A stretch of DNA of 64,000 nucleotides from positions 1,066,168 to 1,130,167 of the forward strand of contig CAWASN010000007.1 of assembly GCA_963784845.1 (NCBI GenBank), given 5' to 3'. This document shows positions 10,661 to 20,350 of the stretch, piece by piece. The notes below the pieces were generated by a model. That model was not told the origin of the DNA. It did no database searches and worked only from the letters and a program-made list of their open reading frames with translations. The translations under genes were made by a program, and so were the position numbers. Each line of letters starts with the position of its first letter. Positions within the stretch are counted from its first letter, which is position 1. The DNA is from an uncultured Actinomycetes bacterium (GTDB lineage: Bacteria > Actinomycetota > Acidimicrobiia > IMCC26256 > PALSA-610).

Positions 10661-13087
10661 ATGGCCCGTCGCAAGGCGACCAACCAATTGACGCTCGACG
10701 CACCCGCGAATGCCGACATCCCGACGCGCACGCTGCAAGAGGAGGTCGAAGGCGCCTTCCTCGAGTACGCGATGAGCGTCATCGTCCAGCGCGCGCTGCC
10801 CGACGTCCGCGACGGACTGAAGCCGGTGCAGCGCCGCATCCTCTGGGCGATGCACGACGCGAACCTGCGACCCGATCGCCCCTTCGTGAAGTGCGCGCGC
10901 GTGGTCGGTGAGGTGATGGCGAACTACCACCCGCACGGTGACGCCTCGATCTACGACGCGCTCGTGCGCATGGGTCAACCGTTCTCGCTGACCGCTCCGC
11001 TGATCGACAAGCACGGAAATTTCGGGTCGCCGTCCGATCCGCCGGCCGCCTCCCGCTATACCGAGTGCCGGCTGTCACCGCTCGCGATGGAGCTGCTCGC
11101 AGGCATCGACGAAGGGACCGTCGACTTCGAGCCGAACTACGACGGGTCCCGTAACGAACCCGTCGTCCTGCCCGCGCGCTTCCCGAACCTCTTGGTGAAC
11201 GGCGCTCAGGGCATCGCGGTGGGGATGGCCACCAACATCCCGCCGCACAATCTCGCCGAGGTCTGCAATGCCGCGGTGAAGCTGATCGACAAGCCCGACG
11301 TGACGCTGTCCGAGCTGATGCGCATCGTGAAAGGCCCCGATTTCCCGACGGGCGGCCTCATCATGGGTGACGACGGCATCAAGGACGCGTTCCGTACCGG
11401 ACGGGGCACGATTCGGGTGCGAGCGGTGCACGAGATCGAGGAGTTGGCGCGTCGCGGCGGCCAGGCCATCGTCCTGACCGAGGTGCCGTTCCAGACGAGT
11501 GTCGACGCCATCTCCGGCAAGCTGACCGAGCTCGTGCTGGCCGGCAAGGTCGACGGCGTGCGCGACATTCGCAACGAGTCGGGGCGGGGCAAGACGCGTC
11601 TGGTGATCGAGCTTCGCCCCGACACGAACCCGCAGATCGTCTTGAACAACCTGTTCAAGCACACCGCGGCCCAGACGACGTTCCCGGTCAACATGGTCGC
11701 CCTCGTCGACGACGTGCCCCGCACGGTCACGCTGCCAGAAGCGCTGCAGCACTGGCTCGATCATCAGGTCGTGGTCGTCACCCGGCGTAGCCAGTTCCGG
11801 CTCCAAAAGGCACAGGATCGGCTGCACATCGTCGACGGTCTGGTGAAGGCGCTCGACATGATCGACGCGATCGTGAAGGCGATCCGCGCCTCGAAGGACC
11901 GTGGCGCCGCGCGTGTAGCGCTGATGGCCAAGCCCTTCGACTTCTCCGAGATCCAGGCCAATCACATCCTCGACATGCCCCTGGGGCGGCTCACCCAGCT
12001 CGGCCGCGAGGAGCTCGACAAGGAACGCAAGGAGCTCCAGGCACTCGTCAAGGAGCTGACCGCCATCCTCGCCAAGCGCGATGTGTTGATGAGCGTCATC
12101 CGCGAAGAGCTGGTCGCGATCCGCGACGATCACAAGGCGCCACGGCGGACGCAGATCGTCACCGACGACTCCGGCGCCATCGACGTCGTCGCGCTGGTCG
12201 AGGACGAGCCCTTCGTGGTGACGGTGACCGCGCGCGGTTACGTCAGGGCGGTGCCCGAGCGGTCGCGCAAGTCGTTGGTCGCGAACCCGGGCGAACGCGA
12301 CGCGGTCGCGCAGGTGATCGATACGACCGCGCTCGCCGGAGTGCTCTTCTTCACCGATCGGGGTCGTGCCTACCGGGCGACGGTGCACGACCTGCCCAAG
12401 GAGAAGCTGAGCGCCGCGGAGAATCTGTTCCAGTTCGCCGAGGGTGAGGCGGTCGTCGGGGTGCTCGACGCGCGCCTGACCGACGAGCATCCGAACCTCG
12501 TGTTCGTCACCGCCTCGGGAGCGGTGAAGCGCACGGCGCTGAGCGAGTTCGCCGACGCCTCCGGCCGTCAGAACGGGATCGCGGCGATGAAGCTCGCGGC
12601 CGACGACCGAGTGGTGTCGGTCTTCCCGGGCTGGGACGACTACGAGGTGCTGTTGGTGACCGCCAACGGCCAGGGGATCCGGTTTGCCGAGAACGAAGTC
12701 CGGCCGGTCGGTCGCGCGGCGGGAGGTATGCGCGGTATCCGGCTGAAGGGAGAGGATCGCGTGATCGGTGCGTGCGCGGCGGGCGCCGGCGAGGTCGTCG
12801 TGATCGCGACCGCCGAGGGTTTCGCCAAGCGCACCGAGGTGGACGAGTTCCCGGTGCAGGCGCGCGGCGGCTCGGGACTCAAGGCCGCCAAGATCGACAA
12901 GGCACGGGGCAAGCTGGTCGCGGTCGCCCCGGAGGCCGACTCGCTCGCGTTCGTTGCCTCGGACGCCTGCCTCGTGGTCCCGGGCGGTGGCGTACGGGCA
13001 GCCTCGCGCGACGGCGGGGGATCCAAGGTGTGCCCGGAGGGACTGCAGCGCGTCGTCGCGGTGGCCCCGTCCCGTGACGACGCGTGA
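10661..13087 (+). CDS. type IIA DNA topoisomerase subunit A (GyrA/ParC family, ParC-like: no GyrA box)
   Basis: 808 aa; DGLKPVQRRILW, HPHGDASIYDALVRM, active-site AASRYTECRL; the segment where QRRGGKG sits in GyrA reads PERSRKSLVANPGE. Confidence 0.9.
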   Translation: MARRKATNQLTLDAPANADIPTRTLQEEVEGAFLEYAMSVIVQRALPDVRDGLKPVQRRILWAMHDANLRPDRPFVKCARVVGEVMANYHPHGDASIYDALVRMGQPFSLTAPLIDKHGNFGSPSDPPAASRYTECRLSPLAMELLAGIDEGTVDFEPNYDGSRNEPVVLPARFPNLLVNGAQGIAVGMATNIPPHNLAEVCNAAVKLIDKPDVTLSELMRIVKGPDFPTGGLIMGDDGIKDAFRTGRGTIRVRAVHEIEELARRGGQAIVLTEVPFQTSVDAISGKLTELVLAGKVDGVRDIRNESGRGKTRLVIELRPDTNPQIVLNNLFKHTAAQTTFPVNMVALVDDVPRTVTLPEALQHWLDHQVVVVTRRSQFRLQKAQDRLHIVDGLVKALDMIDAIVKAIRASKDRGAARVALMAKPFDFSEIQANHILDMPLGRLTQLGREELDKERKELQALVKELTAILAKRDVLMSVIREELVAIRDDHKAPRRTQIVTDDSGAIDVVALVEDEPFVVTVTARGYVRAVPERSRKSLVANPGERDAVAQVIDTTALAGVLFFTDRGRAYRATVHDLPKEKLSAAENLFQFAEGEAVVGVLDARLTDEHPNLVFVTASGAVKRTALSEFADASGRQNGIAAMKLAADDRVVSVFPGWDDYEVLLVTANGQGIRFAENEVRPVGRAAGGMRGIRLKGEDRVIGACAAGAGEVVVIATAEGFAKRTEVDEFPVQARGGSGLKAAKIDKARGKLVAVAPEADSLAFVASDACLVVPGGGVRAASRDGGGSKVCPEGLQRVVAVAPSRDDA

Positions 13088-13118
13088 CCGCCGGCGGCAC
13101 CGAGCCGAGCGCGCCGCG

Positions 13119-13781
13119 TCAGAGCGCGGGGTTCTCGATCGTCTTCCAGTCCCGGGTCGTGAGGTACGTGGCGAAGTGTTCGGCCACGCTCGCGACATCG
13201 GCTCGCGTCTTGGGGTGGCGGAGCTCGTAGAGCTGCGGGAACCGCGGCAGCGTGCGGACCAAGTCCCACAGGGCCACCGCGTCGTCACCCGTCGGGGCGG
13301 GTACGACGACGGGCCCGTACACCGCGAAGCCGTCGCCGACAATGAGCGTGGGCACGCCGTGCGCGCCGTAGCGCGCGACCGCGTCCTGGTGCTCCTCTCG
13401 TACCTCCGTCAGGGTCGAGTCGTCCGCGATCGCGCGCTCGACGAAGGTCGGGTCGAAGCCGGCGTCGGCGATCACCCGGGCATGCAGCTCGGGTACCTGG
13501 GTTTTCACTCCGTCGTAGAAGAACGCGCGACCCACGGCGGCGTACCAACGGTCGAGAGCGTCGTTGCCGAGCTCGCGGCGGATCAACGCGCCGACGCGCA
13601 TCTGGCCGAATCCGTACGACCAGGGGCGTTCCCAGGGATGGGGCTTGCCCGCCACCAGGTTCACCTCCTCCAACGAGAAGAAGCGCCAGGTCACTGCGAG
13701 GTCGACCTGGCGCTGTACCTCACGGATCCAGAGCGACGTCTGGTAGGCGTACGGGCACATGGGGTCGAGGTAGAAGATCAT
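13119..13781 (-). CDS. DsbA-like thioredoxin-fold protein
   Basis: ATG 13781 in ORF 13119..14084; N-terminal FYLDPMCPYAY and GVPTLIV motifs of DsbA/FrnE-like proteins. Confidence 0.6.
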   Translation of the reverse strand: MIFYLDPMCPYAYQTSLWIREVQRQVDLAVTWRFFSLEEVNLVAGKPHPWERPWSYGFGQMRVGALIRRELGNDALDRWYAAVGRAFFYDGVKTQVPELHARVIADAGFDPTFVERAIADDSTLTEVREEHQDAVARYGAHGVPTLIVGDGFAVYGPVVVPAPTGDDAVALWDLVRTLPRFPQLYELRHPKTRADVASVAEHFATYLTTRDWKTIENPAL

Positions 13782-13848
13782 CGACTCGGGCACGACGACA
13801 GTCTCGCACGCTCTGACCGGACCGGTCCGGGCGCGGTACCGTGCGCGG

Positions 13849-14670
13849 ATGACCGAGCCGCTGATTCTCCGCTTGGACGAAGTGTGGAGCGATATCGCCG
13901 AGGTATGCGGCGACCTGAGCGCGGAGCAATGGAACACGCCGACGGAGTGCCCGGGCTGGACCGTTTTCGACAACGTCGCCCACATGATCGGGACCGAACG
14001 GATGCTGTCGGGTGAGCAGCCCGAAGCAGGTGGCGCCGAGGTCGGCGACGCGCCCCATGTGCGCAACGACATCGGCAAGGCCAACGAGCGCTGGATCGGT
14101 GCCTACCGCGGTTGGGCCGGACCCGCGCTGCTCGAGGAGTTCCGCGCCGTCACCGGACGCCGGCTCGAGGCGTTGCGGGCGATGGCGCCCGAGCAGTGGG
14201 ACGCCGAGGGCTTCACTCCCGAAGGGCCGGGTCCGTACCGCCAGTTCATGGCGATCCGCGTCTTCGACTGCTGGTACCACGACGAGGACATCCGCGAAGC
14301 GCTCGGTCGCCCCGGTTTTCTCGACGGTCCGGTCGCCGATCTCTCGTTGGGGCGCATACCGACCAAGGGTCTGGGCTACGTCGTCGGCAAGAAGGCCGCT
14401 GCGCCGGCGGGGAGCATCGTGGCGTTCGTGATCGACGGCGCGCCCGAGATCGTCGCCGCCATCTCGGTGCCTCCCGAAGGCCGGGCGCGGCTGCTCGACG
14501 AGGTGCCCGACCAAGTCTCGGTCCGGATCACGACCGACCGGCGTACGTTCGCGCGCCTGGCGGGAGGCCGGTGGACCGGGGAGCACGCCCGCGCGCACGG
14601 TGTGGTGCGCGTCGAGGGTGACCGTGAGCTCGGCGACCGGGTCGTCGACAACATGGCATTCACCATCTAG
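13849..14670 (+). CDS. maleylpyruvate isomerase family mycothiol-dependent enzyme (MDMPI/DinB-like N-terminal domain)
   Basis: 273 aa; QWNTPTECPGWTVFDNVAHM signature of the TIGR03083-type domain. Confidence 0.7.
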   Translation: MTEPLILRLDEVWSDIAEVCGDLSAEQWNTPTECPGWTVFDNVAHMIGTERMLSGEQPEAGGAEVGDAPHVRNDIGKANERWIGAYRGWAGPALLEEFRAVTGRRLEALRAMAPEQWDAEGFTPEGPGPYRQFMAIRVFDCWYHDEDIREALGRPGFLDGPVADLSLGRIPTKGLGYVVGKKAAAPAGSIVAFVIDGAPEIVAAISVPPEGRARLLDEVPDQVSVRITTDRRTFARLAGGRWTGEHARAHGVVRVEGDRELGDRVVDNMAFTI

Positions 14671-14710
14671 CGCTTCTGGTGGACGGATTCGGGCTGATGG
14701 GCTGGGGCTG

Positions 14711-14914
14711 ATGAGGATCCGACGGATCCTCGGAACGATCCTCGTCGCGGTGGGCGGCGTCTGGATCGCGCAGGGCTCGGGCGCGCTGCACGGCTCGTTC
14801 ATGACGGGCGAGGGATTCTGGACGCTGATGGGTGTGATCGCGGCGCTGTTCGGTGTGGCGTTGTTGATCGGTACCGCGCGCGACCGGCGTCGAGCGGAGC
14901 GCGACGAGCTCTGA
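14711..14914 (+). CDS. small membrane protein, two predicted TM helices
   Basis: ATG 14711 in ORF 14600..14914; MRIRRILGTILVAVGGVWIAQ...LMGVIAALFGVALLIGTA. Confidence 0.4.
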   Translation: MRIRRILGTILVAVGGVWIAQGSGALHGSFMTGEGFWTLMGVIAALFGVALLIGTARDRRRAERDEL

Positions 14915-15014
14915 GCATCGACCGCGAGCAGTGTTGCGGAGAGAGCTCGTCGCCGGGCCGAACGCGGCTCGTCGGGGTGACCGAGCATCGCCGCGACGTG
15001 TACCTTCCCGCGTC

Positions 15015-16250
15015 ATGAAAGCATTGCTCTACGGCGTGAAGCCCGAACCGGTGCCGGTCCCCGTGACCGACAATCACCTGCTGCGCAACCTCGCCCAGAC
15101 TCCGATGAAGCTCGTCGAGATGGACGAGCCCGGGTTCTTCTTGCCCGACTGGGTCGTGACCCGGCCCCGCATGACCGGGATATGTGGCTCGGACTCCAAG
15201 CAGGTGTTCATGGATTGGGGCGAGGTGCGTTCGCCCGACAACCCCATGAAGGGCTTCTTCTCGCTGCCGCAGGTACTCGGGCACGAGGTCGTCGCCGACG
15301 TGGTAGCCGTCGGTCCGGAGGCCGAGGGTTTGGAGATCGGCGACCGGGTCGTGTTGAACCCGTGGCTCTCGTGCGGGCCGCGGGGTGTGACCCCCCTGTG
15401 TCCGGCGTGCAGGGTCGGGGACTTCAGCCTCTGTTACTCCTTCGACGTCGGTCCGATCCCGCCCGGTATCCACATCGGTACGGCCCGTGATGTGAACGGT
15501 GGCTACGCGCAGGTGATGTCGGCGCACGACTCGCAGCTGTTCAAGGTCCCCGACAACGTCCCCGACGAGCTGGCCGTGTTCGCCGATCCGTTTGCCGTGT
15601 CGTTGCACGCGGTCACGCGCCATCCCCCGGCCCCGGGGAGCAAGGCAATGGTCTACGGGGCCGGTGCGCTCGGTACGTGCGCCACCGCGATCCTGCGCGC
15701 GCTGTATCCCGATGTCGAGGTGTTGGTCGTTGCCCGCTTCGAGGCGCAGGCTGAACTGGCGCGGAAGCTCGGCGCCAAGGTGATCGGACACTCGCCCGCG
15801 TTACAGGTGATCGAGGAAGCCGCCGCATGGTCGGGGGGAGTGTTACGGGCCAGTGACGGTCTCCCCATGGCGTTCCCCGGTTTCATCGACGTGGTGTACG
15901 ACACGGTCGGCAAGCAGGAGACCTTCGAGGTCGGTACCCGGGTGCTGAAGGCGCGGGGCACCCTGGTGAAGGCCGGTGTGCACGGGCCCACGTGGTGGGA
16001 GGACACGCCGCTGTACTTCAAGGAGATCTCGATGGTCGGCTCGAACGCGTTCGGGTTCGAAGAGATCGACGGTGTGCGTAAGCACGGCATCGACCACTAT
16101 CTCGACCTCGTCTCGTCGGGGCGCGTCGATCTCACGGGCATGCTCACGCACACGTTCCCGCTCGACGCCTGGCGCGACGCGTTCACCGCGCTCGCGACCC
16201 AGGACGATTCAGGCGCCATCAAAGTGGCGTTCGACTACAGGAACGACTGA
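15015..16250 (+). CDS. zinc-dependent alcohol dehydrogenase family oxidoreductase
   Basis: ATG 15015 in ORF 14931..16250; GICGSD and LGHEVV zinc-ligand motifs, GAGALG Rossmann motif. Confidence 0.8.
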   Translation: MKALLYGVKPEPVPVPVTDNHLLRNLAQTPMKLVEMDEPGFFLPDWVVTRPRMTGICGSDSKQVFMDWGEVRSPDNPMKGFFSLPQVLGHEVVADVVAVGPEAEGLEIGDRVVLNPWLSCGPRGVTPLCPACRVGDFSLCYSFDVGPIPPGIHIGTARDVNGGYAQVMSAHDSQLFKVPDNVPDELAVFADPFAVSLHAVTRHPPAPGSKAMVYGAGALGTCATAILRALYPDVEVLVVARFEAQAELARKLGAKVIGHSPALQVIEEAAAWSGGVLRASDGLPMAFPGFIDVVYDTVGKQETFEVGTRVLKARGTLVKAGVHGPTWWEDTPLYFKEISMVGSNAFGFEEIDGVRKHGIDHYLDLVSSGRVDLTGMLTHTFPLDAWRDAFTALATQDDSGAIKVAFDYRND

Positions 16251-17044
16251 TGAGCGACGTCGTCCTCGTCGACGTTTCCGAGCGGGTTGCCGTCATCACG
16301 ATCAACCGTCCCGACCAACGCAACGCGCTCAATCGCGCCGTGCGGCATGAGCTCCCCGCGGCGATCACGCGTTGCGACACCGACGACGACGTCGACGTGC
16401 TGATTCTCACGGGCGCCGATCCCGCCTTCTCGGCAGGCGTCGACCTGAAGGAGTTCGGGTCCGGGCAGGTGCAGCCGGGCGAGAGCTTCGGCGGCGTGGC
16501 GGAGAGCCGCGACTCCTTCCGGGGGGCGCTCCCGCCGCACGCGAAGCCGCTGATCGGCGCGGTCAACGGTGTCGCGGTAACGGGGGGTTTCGAGGTCGCG
16601 CTCAACTGCGACTTCATCATCGCCTCGGACCGCGCCCGCTTTGCCGACACCCACGCCCGCGTCGGCGTCATGCCCGGTTGGGGGCTCACGGTCCTGCTCG
16701 CGCAGCGGATCGGCGTGGCCCGGGCGAAGCAGTTGAGCTTCACCGGGAACTACCTCGACGCGAAGACCGCGTACGAGTGGGGGCTCGTGAACGAGGTCGT
16801 GCCTCACGAGGAGCTGCTTCCGTACTGTCGCAAGCTCGCGGCCGACATCGTGTCGAACGATCAGATGGGCGTGCGCAGGATGTTGCGTACCTACGACGAG
16901 GTCACGGCCACGACCGTCGACGAAGGTTGGAAGATCGAAGCCCGGGTCAGTCGCGATTGGGAAGGACCCGGGTTCGACCCTGCGAGCATCGAGTCGCGTC
17001 GCATGAAGATCGTCGAACGCGGCCGCACCCAGATCCAGCCCTGA
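16250..17044 (+). CDS. enoyl-CoA hydratase/isomerase (crotonase family)
   Basis: 264 aa; ITINRPDQRNAL, GADPAFSAGVDLKE and GAVNGVAVTGG motifs; 1-nt TGATG overlap with the ADH. Confidence 0.85.
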   Translation: MSDVVLVDVSERVAVITINRPDQRNALNRAVRHELPAAITRCDTDDDVDVLILTGADPAFSAGVDLKEFGSGQVQPGESFGGVAESRDSFRGALPPHAKPLIGAVNGVAVTGGFEVALNCDFIIASDRARFADTHARVGVMPGWGLTVLLAQRIGVARAKQLSFTGNYLDAKTAYEWGLVNEVVPHEELLPYCRKLAADIVSNDQMGVRRMLRTYDEVTATTVDEGWKIEARVSRDWEGPGFDPASIESRRMKIVERGRTQIQP

Positions 17045-17045
17045 C

Positions 17046-17128
17046 CTCCCAACAGACGGCCAAGCACCTCCAACAGTTGTGCAAGTTTTCCGCGCCTGGC
17101 GCGGATTTCTCGCACATCTGTTGGGAGG
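17046..17128. repeat. palindromic intergenic element (CAACAGTTGTGC family)
   Basis: cctccaacagttgtgcaag-ttttCCGCGCCtGGCGCGGatttc-tcgcacatctgttgggagg with an extra left-arm copy cctcccaacagacgg; between convergent stops; followed by a G8 run at 17133-17140. Confidence 0.8.
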
Positions 17129-17150
17129 TTGTGGGGGGGGTGTGGGATTG

Positions 17151-18122
17151 TCAGGGGTGTTGGTGGGGTTGTGAGCGGACGACTTGGACGAGGTCCTGGT
17201 GGACGGTCGTGTCGTCGCCGAGCTCGAGCGCGACGATCAGGCCGGGTGCGAGGACGAGGTCGTCGGGCCAAGGTTCGACCCCCCGGCCGGCACCGTTGAC
17301 GACGGCTTTCGTTGCGCGCAGAGTGCCGACCGTCGTCCCCGCCGCGCACGACGTCAGCAGTTCAGCCCATCCCGGCGGCGGTGGTTGCTCGACCGACGGG
17401 GAGCCGACGACGTACGTGCGCGCGAGTGTCGCCTCCCACCCGTCGCGCAGAACGCCGACGCGGACCACGACTCGTTCGCCGTCGTCGAGCGCGCGCTCGG
17501 GCGGCGACCACGTCGACGCGCCGCCGCCCAGCGGTGCGACGACGGCTTCGAACGCGGGCGTCGTCACACCCTGCGCGGCGAAGGCAGCCGCGCCCGTGCC
17601 TCGCAGGTCGCGGGGGCGAGTCCCGGGACGGAGCCCTGCGACGATCGCGTCGAGCCCGGCTCGGGCCGCGACCGCGGCGATCTCGACCCCGGTGGTCCGC
17701 TCGGGATCGGGGAGTGCCCAGAGCTCGGCGAACATGGCACCGGCGTCGACGAGCTCTGCTGCGGGCGCGACCCGGGCGAGCAGTGCCCGGGCCGCAGGTG
17801 ACATGCCGTCGACGCCGACCCGGCGCGCATCGCGTACACCGTCGATCGCGCCGAGCGCGGCGACGAGCTTGTCGGGATTCCAGGTGACACCGTACAGGTG
17901 CTCGATTGGGAATCCGGTGGGCAACACGGCGTCGGTGTTCGACAGGACGTGCACAGCACCCGAGCGTCGGACCACGACACAGCCCGGCGAGAACGCCCGG
18001 GTCCCCGCCAACCACAGCCGGGCGGCGTCCGACACCGTCCGTGCGTTCGCCTCCCGCCCGAGGAGCATGACGTCGACGTCGTCGCGGGCCATCAGATCGA
18101 GGCAGGCGCGCAAACGGCTCAC
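17151..18122 (-). CDS. M24 (creatinase/Xaa-Pro peptidase fold) family protein
   Basis: GTG 18122 (GTGA overlap with the upstream stop) in ORF 17151..18383; reads continuously in one frame. Confidence 0.55.
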   Translation of the reverse strand: MSRLRACLDLMARDDVDVMLLGREANARTVSDAARLWLAGTRAFSPGCVVVRRSGAVHVLSNTDAVLPTGFPIEHLYGVTWNPDKLVAALGAIDGVRDARRVGVDGMSPAARALLARVAPAAELVDAGAMFAELWALPDPERTTGVEIAAVAARAGLDAIVAGLRPGTRPRDLRGTGAAAFAAQGVTTPAFEAVVAPLGGGASTWSPPERALDDGERVVVRVGVLRDGWEATLARTYVVGSPSVEQPPPPGWAELLTSCAAGTTVGTLRATKAVVNGAGRGVEPWPDDLVLAPGLIVALELGDDTTVHQDLVQVVRSQPHQHP

Positions 18123-19294
18123 GCCGCGCCGCCCTGGTCGAGCGCCGCCGGCGCTGACAGGCGCACGTAACCGTCGTCGGTCACCGCGACGATCTCCTCG
18201 GATCGGTGCCCGGCGCTGCCCGTCGTCCCACACAACGGGCTCGAACACGAGGACCATGCCGGGTTGCAGGACGAGCGAAGCGTCGAACTCGTCCCGAGGT
18301 CCGTGCCGACGAATGGCATCTCCGCGCTGTCGGTACCGATGCCGTGGGCGAGGTAGAAGTACGAGAGCCACGGGCGGTGCCATCGTCGAGGCTCGCGGCC
18401 GCGACGAGGTCGGCGGCCGTCGCGCCGGCTCTCACGTGGGCCAGCGCCCGGTCGACGATGGCCCGCCACCGCGCGAACTGATCGTGTTCGACCGTCGTCG
18501 GGTTCGCGCCCGATCACCCAGGTGGAACCGAAGTCGGACGCGTATCCGTGCAGATTGATACCGGTGTCGATCCACATGACGTCTCCGGCCTGCAGCTCGC
18601 GGTCGCGGGTCGGTATCGGGAAGACGGGCTCGCCGCTGATGCTGTAGGGGCCCGTCGCCGACCGAGGTCGCCATGACCTGGAAAACAGGATCGACGGTGT
18701 TCGCGGTCGCGCCGAACTCGGCGACCGCCCGTAGGAACACGCCCGACAGATCGGTTGCCTTCGCCCCGGGCTGCGCCCGCGGCCGGACCACGCGGATCGC
18801 CGCTTCGTTGATCGACTGCGCCCTGCGGATGCATTCGAGCTCGTCCGGCGTCTTGGTCGACTTCGCAGGCGCCATGACCGTGCCGGCGTCGATGGGTCGC
18901 GTCGGTCGCAACGCCTGCCAGAGCGGTACCGATGCGTCGTCGAGGGCCAGCGTTCCGCTGCTCAACTTCGCCACGAGCTCGTCGGCACCGGCCGCGGTCT
19001 CGACATCGAGCGCCCGGTGCAGGTACTCGTCGGGCATCTCTGGGGCGCGCCCTCGGGGAAGTCGGTGTAGAGGTTCGGCCACGGAGCGCCGAGTTCCAAC
19101 ACGACGACCGATCGCCACCACGACGCCCGGACGTGGTCGGCGGCCGGCACCCACGTGCCGGTCGCGGACGAGACGTTCTGTTGTCCGCACAGCACCAGAG
19201 TGTCGACTCCCGCTGCCGACATCGCGGTACTGAGCTTGGCGACGCGGTCGTGACGGAGTCGCTCGAGGTCGAGCGTGCAGACGGGTTCGGTCAC
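18119..19294 (-). pseudogene. M24 family Xaa-Pro peptidase/creatinase-like gene, about six frame changes
   Basis: N-terminus in ORF 18962..19294, middle in the frame of 18432..19919 (PDELECIRRAQSINEAA), then pieces in 18119..18577, 18181..18435 and 17151..18383 (LQPGMVLVFEPVVWDDG), ending ...DDGYVRLSAPAALDQGGAA. Confidence 0.65.
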
Positions 19295-19658
19295 GCTCGC
19301 TCCGCTTCCGATTCCGACCCGGCGCGTGGCGCTCCGAGGCCCTCAGATACACGGCGACTCTCGCGATCGCCCCGTCGTGTACGTCGAACACGACGAGCTC
19401 GTCCGTGTGCAGTCGCCCGTCGCCGTCATCGACTGCCTCGCTCAGCTCGACCGCCACGCGGTTGCCGTCGACGAGCGTGGCGGTGACTCCGAGCACGTAC
19501 CCCGAGAGTGAGCCGATGACGCGCGCAAGGAAGTCGGCGTACTGCTCGCGCCCGTGGATCTCGTCGCCGTACGGGCCGATGCGTTCGACTTCGGGCGCGA
19601 GGGTCGCGGCCAACGCGTGCCAGTCACCGGCAGCCAGCGCGTCCAGGTACCGCTGCAC
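19291..19658 (-). pseudogene. SnoaL-like / NTF2-fold protein, apparent frameshift near the 3' end
   Basis: VQRYLDALAAGDWHALAATLAPEVERIGPYG...LVVFDVHDGAIARVAVYL in the frame of ORF 18432..19919; a natural TGA forming a GTGA overlap with the M24 start is only reached after a +1 shift near 19345. Confidence 0.45.
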
Positions 19659-20262
19659 GACGCGCGCGCGAATGCTTCGTCGAGGATCCGGTGCGTGCCC
19701 GCGCCGATCGGAACGTTCGCGATCTGTGCGAGCCCGGCCGCACTCATCTTCTGTGCGGTCTTGGTGATCACGTCCGGAAGTTTGGCCGGATCGAGGCGAG
19801 CTGCGATGTCGACGAGCTGGGTCTCGAGGAAGACGAGACAGAGCGCGTCTTCCAGCACCTGCACGTCGTCGTCGTCGGTCGGCGGCGGCCAAGCCGTCCT
19901 TGCGAACGATCGCCTGCACGCGCGCGATCGGTGTCTTGGTCGTAACCGGCGCCGGTCAGCACGACGCCCAGCTCACGGGCCTGCTGGGCGTGCAGGTCCT
20001 TGCGCCAGCGCAGGTACCCGGCACGACCGGAGGGATAGCTCGTGCGAGGCATGGTCCAGCGCCGGAAGTGATGCCCACGGGCGGCGAGCAACAGCGCCTC
20101 ATCGGCATCGGGCCGGAGTCGCAGCACCCACTCGGTGACGAGGTTGGCGTGGACGATCTCCTTCGGGCCCCGGCTGCCACGCACCACGACGGATGTCGGG
20201 TCGGCGCGGTTGGCATCGTCGATCGCGGCAAGTGCGACGCGCAGGCGGGCGGACGGTGCCAT
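19659..20262 (-). pseudogene. DUF4202-like protein, at least two frame changes
   Basis: ORF 19768..20262 (LLAARGHHFRRWTMPRTSYPSGRAGYLRWRKDLH), then the 18432..19919 frame (ARVQAIVRKDGLA), then 19442..19864 (VQVLEDALCLVFLETQL...). 3' end unclear. Confidence 0.5.
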
Positions 20263-20350
20263 CGACGCAGCCTACGCAGCGATCAGCCGGCCTACGCCCG
20301 CGATCAGCGGGCACACGCGGCGACGGGGTGGAGACGCCGGGTGCACTCCC

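Noticed and set aside
16372-18558. 728-aa plus-strand ORF
   Set aside because: It overlaps the enoyl-CoA hydratase out of frame and runs antisense to the M24 genes. Its Arg/Ser/Pro-rich composition and passage through the palindromic repeat mark it as a shadow ORF.
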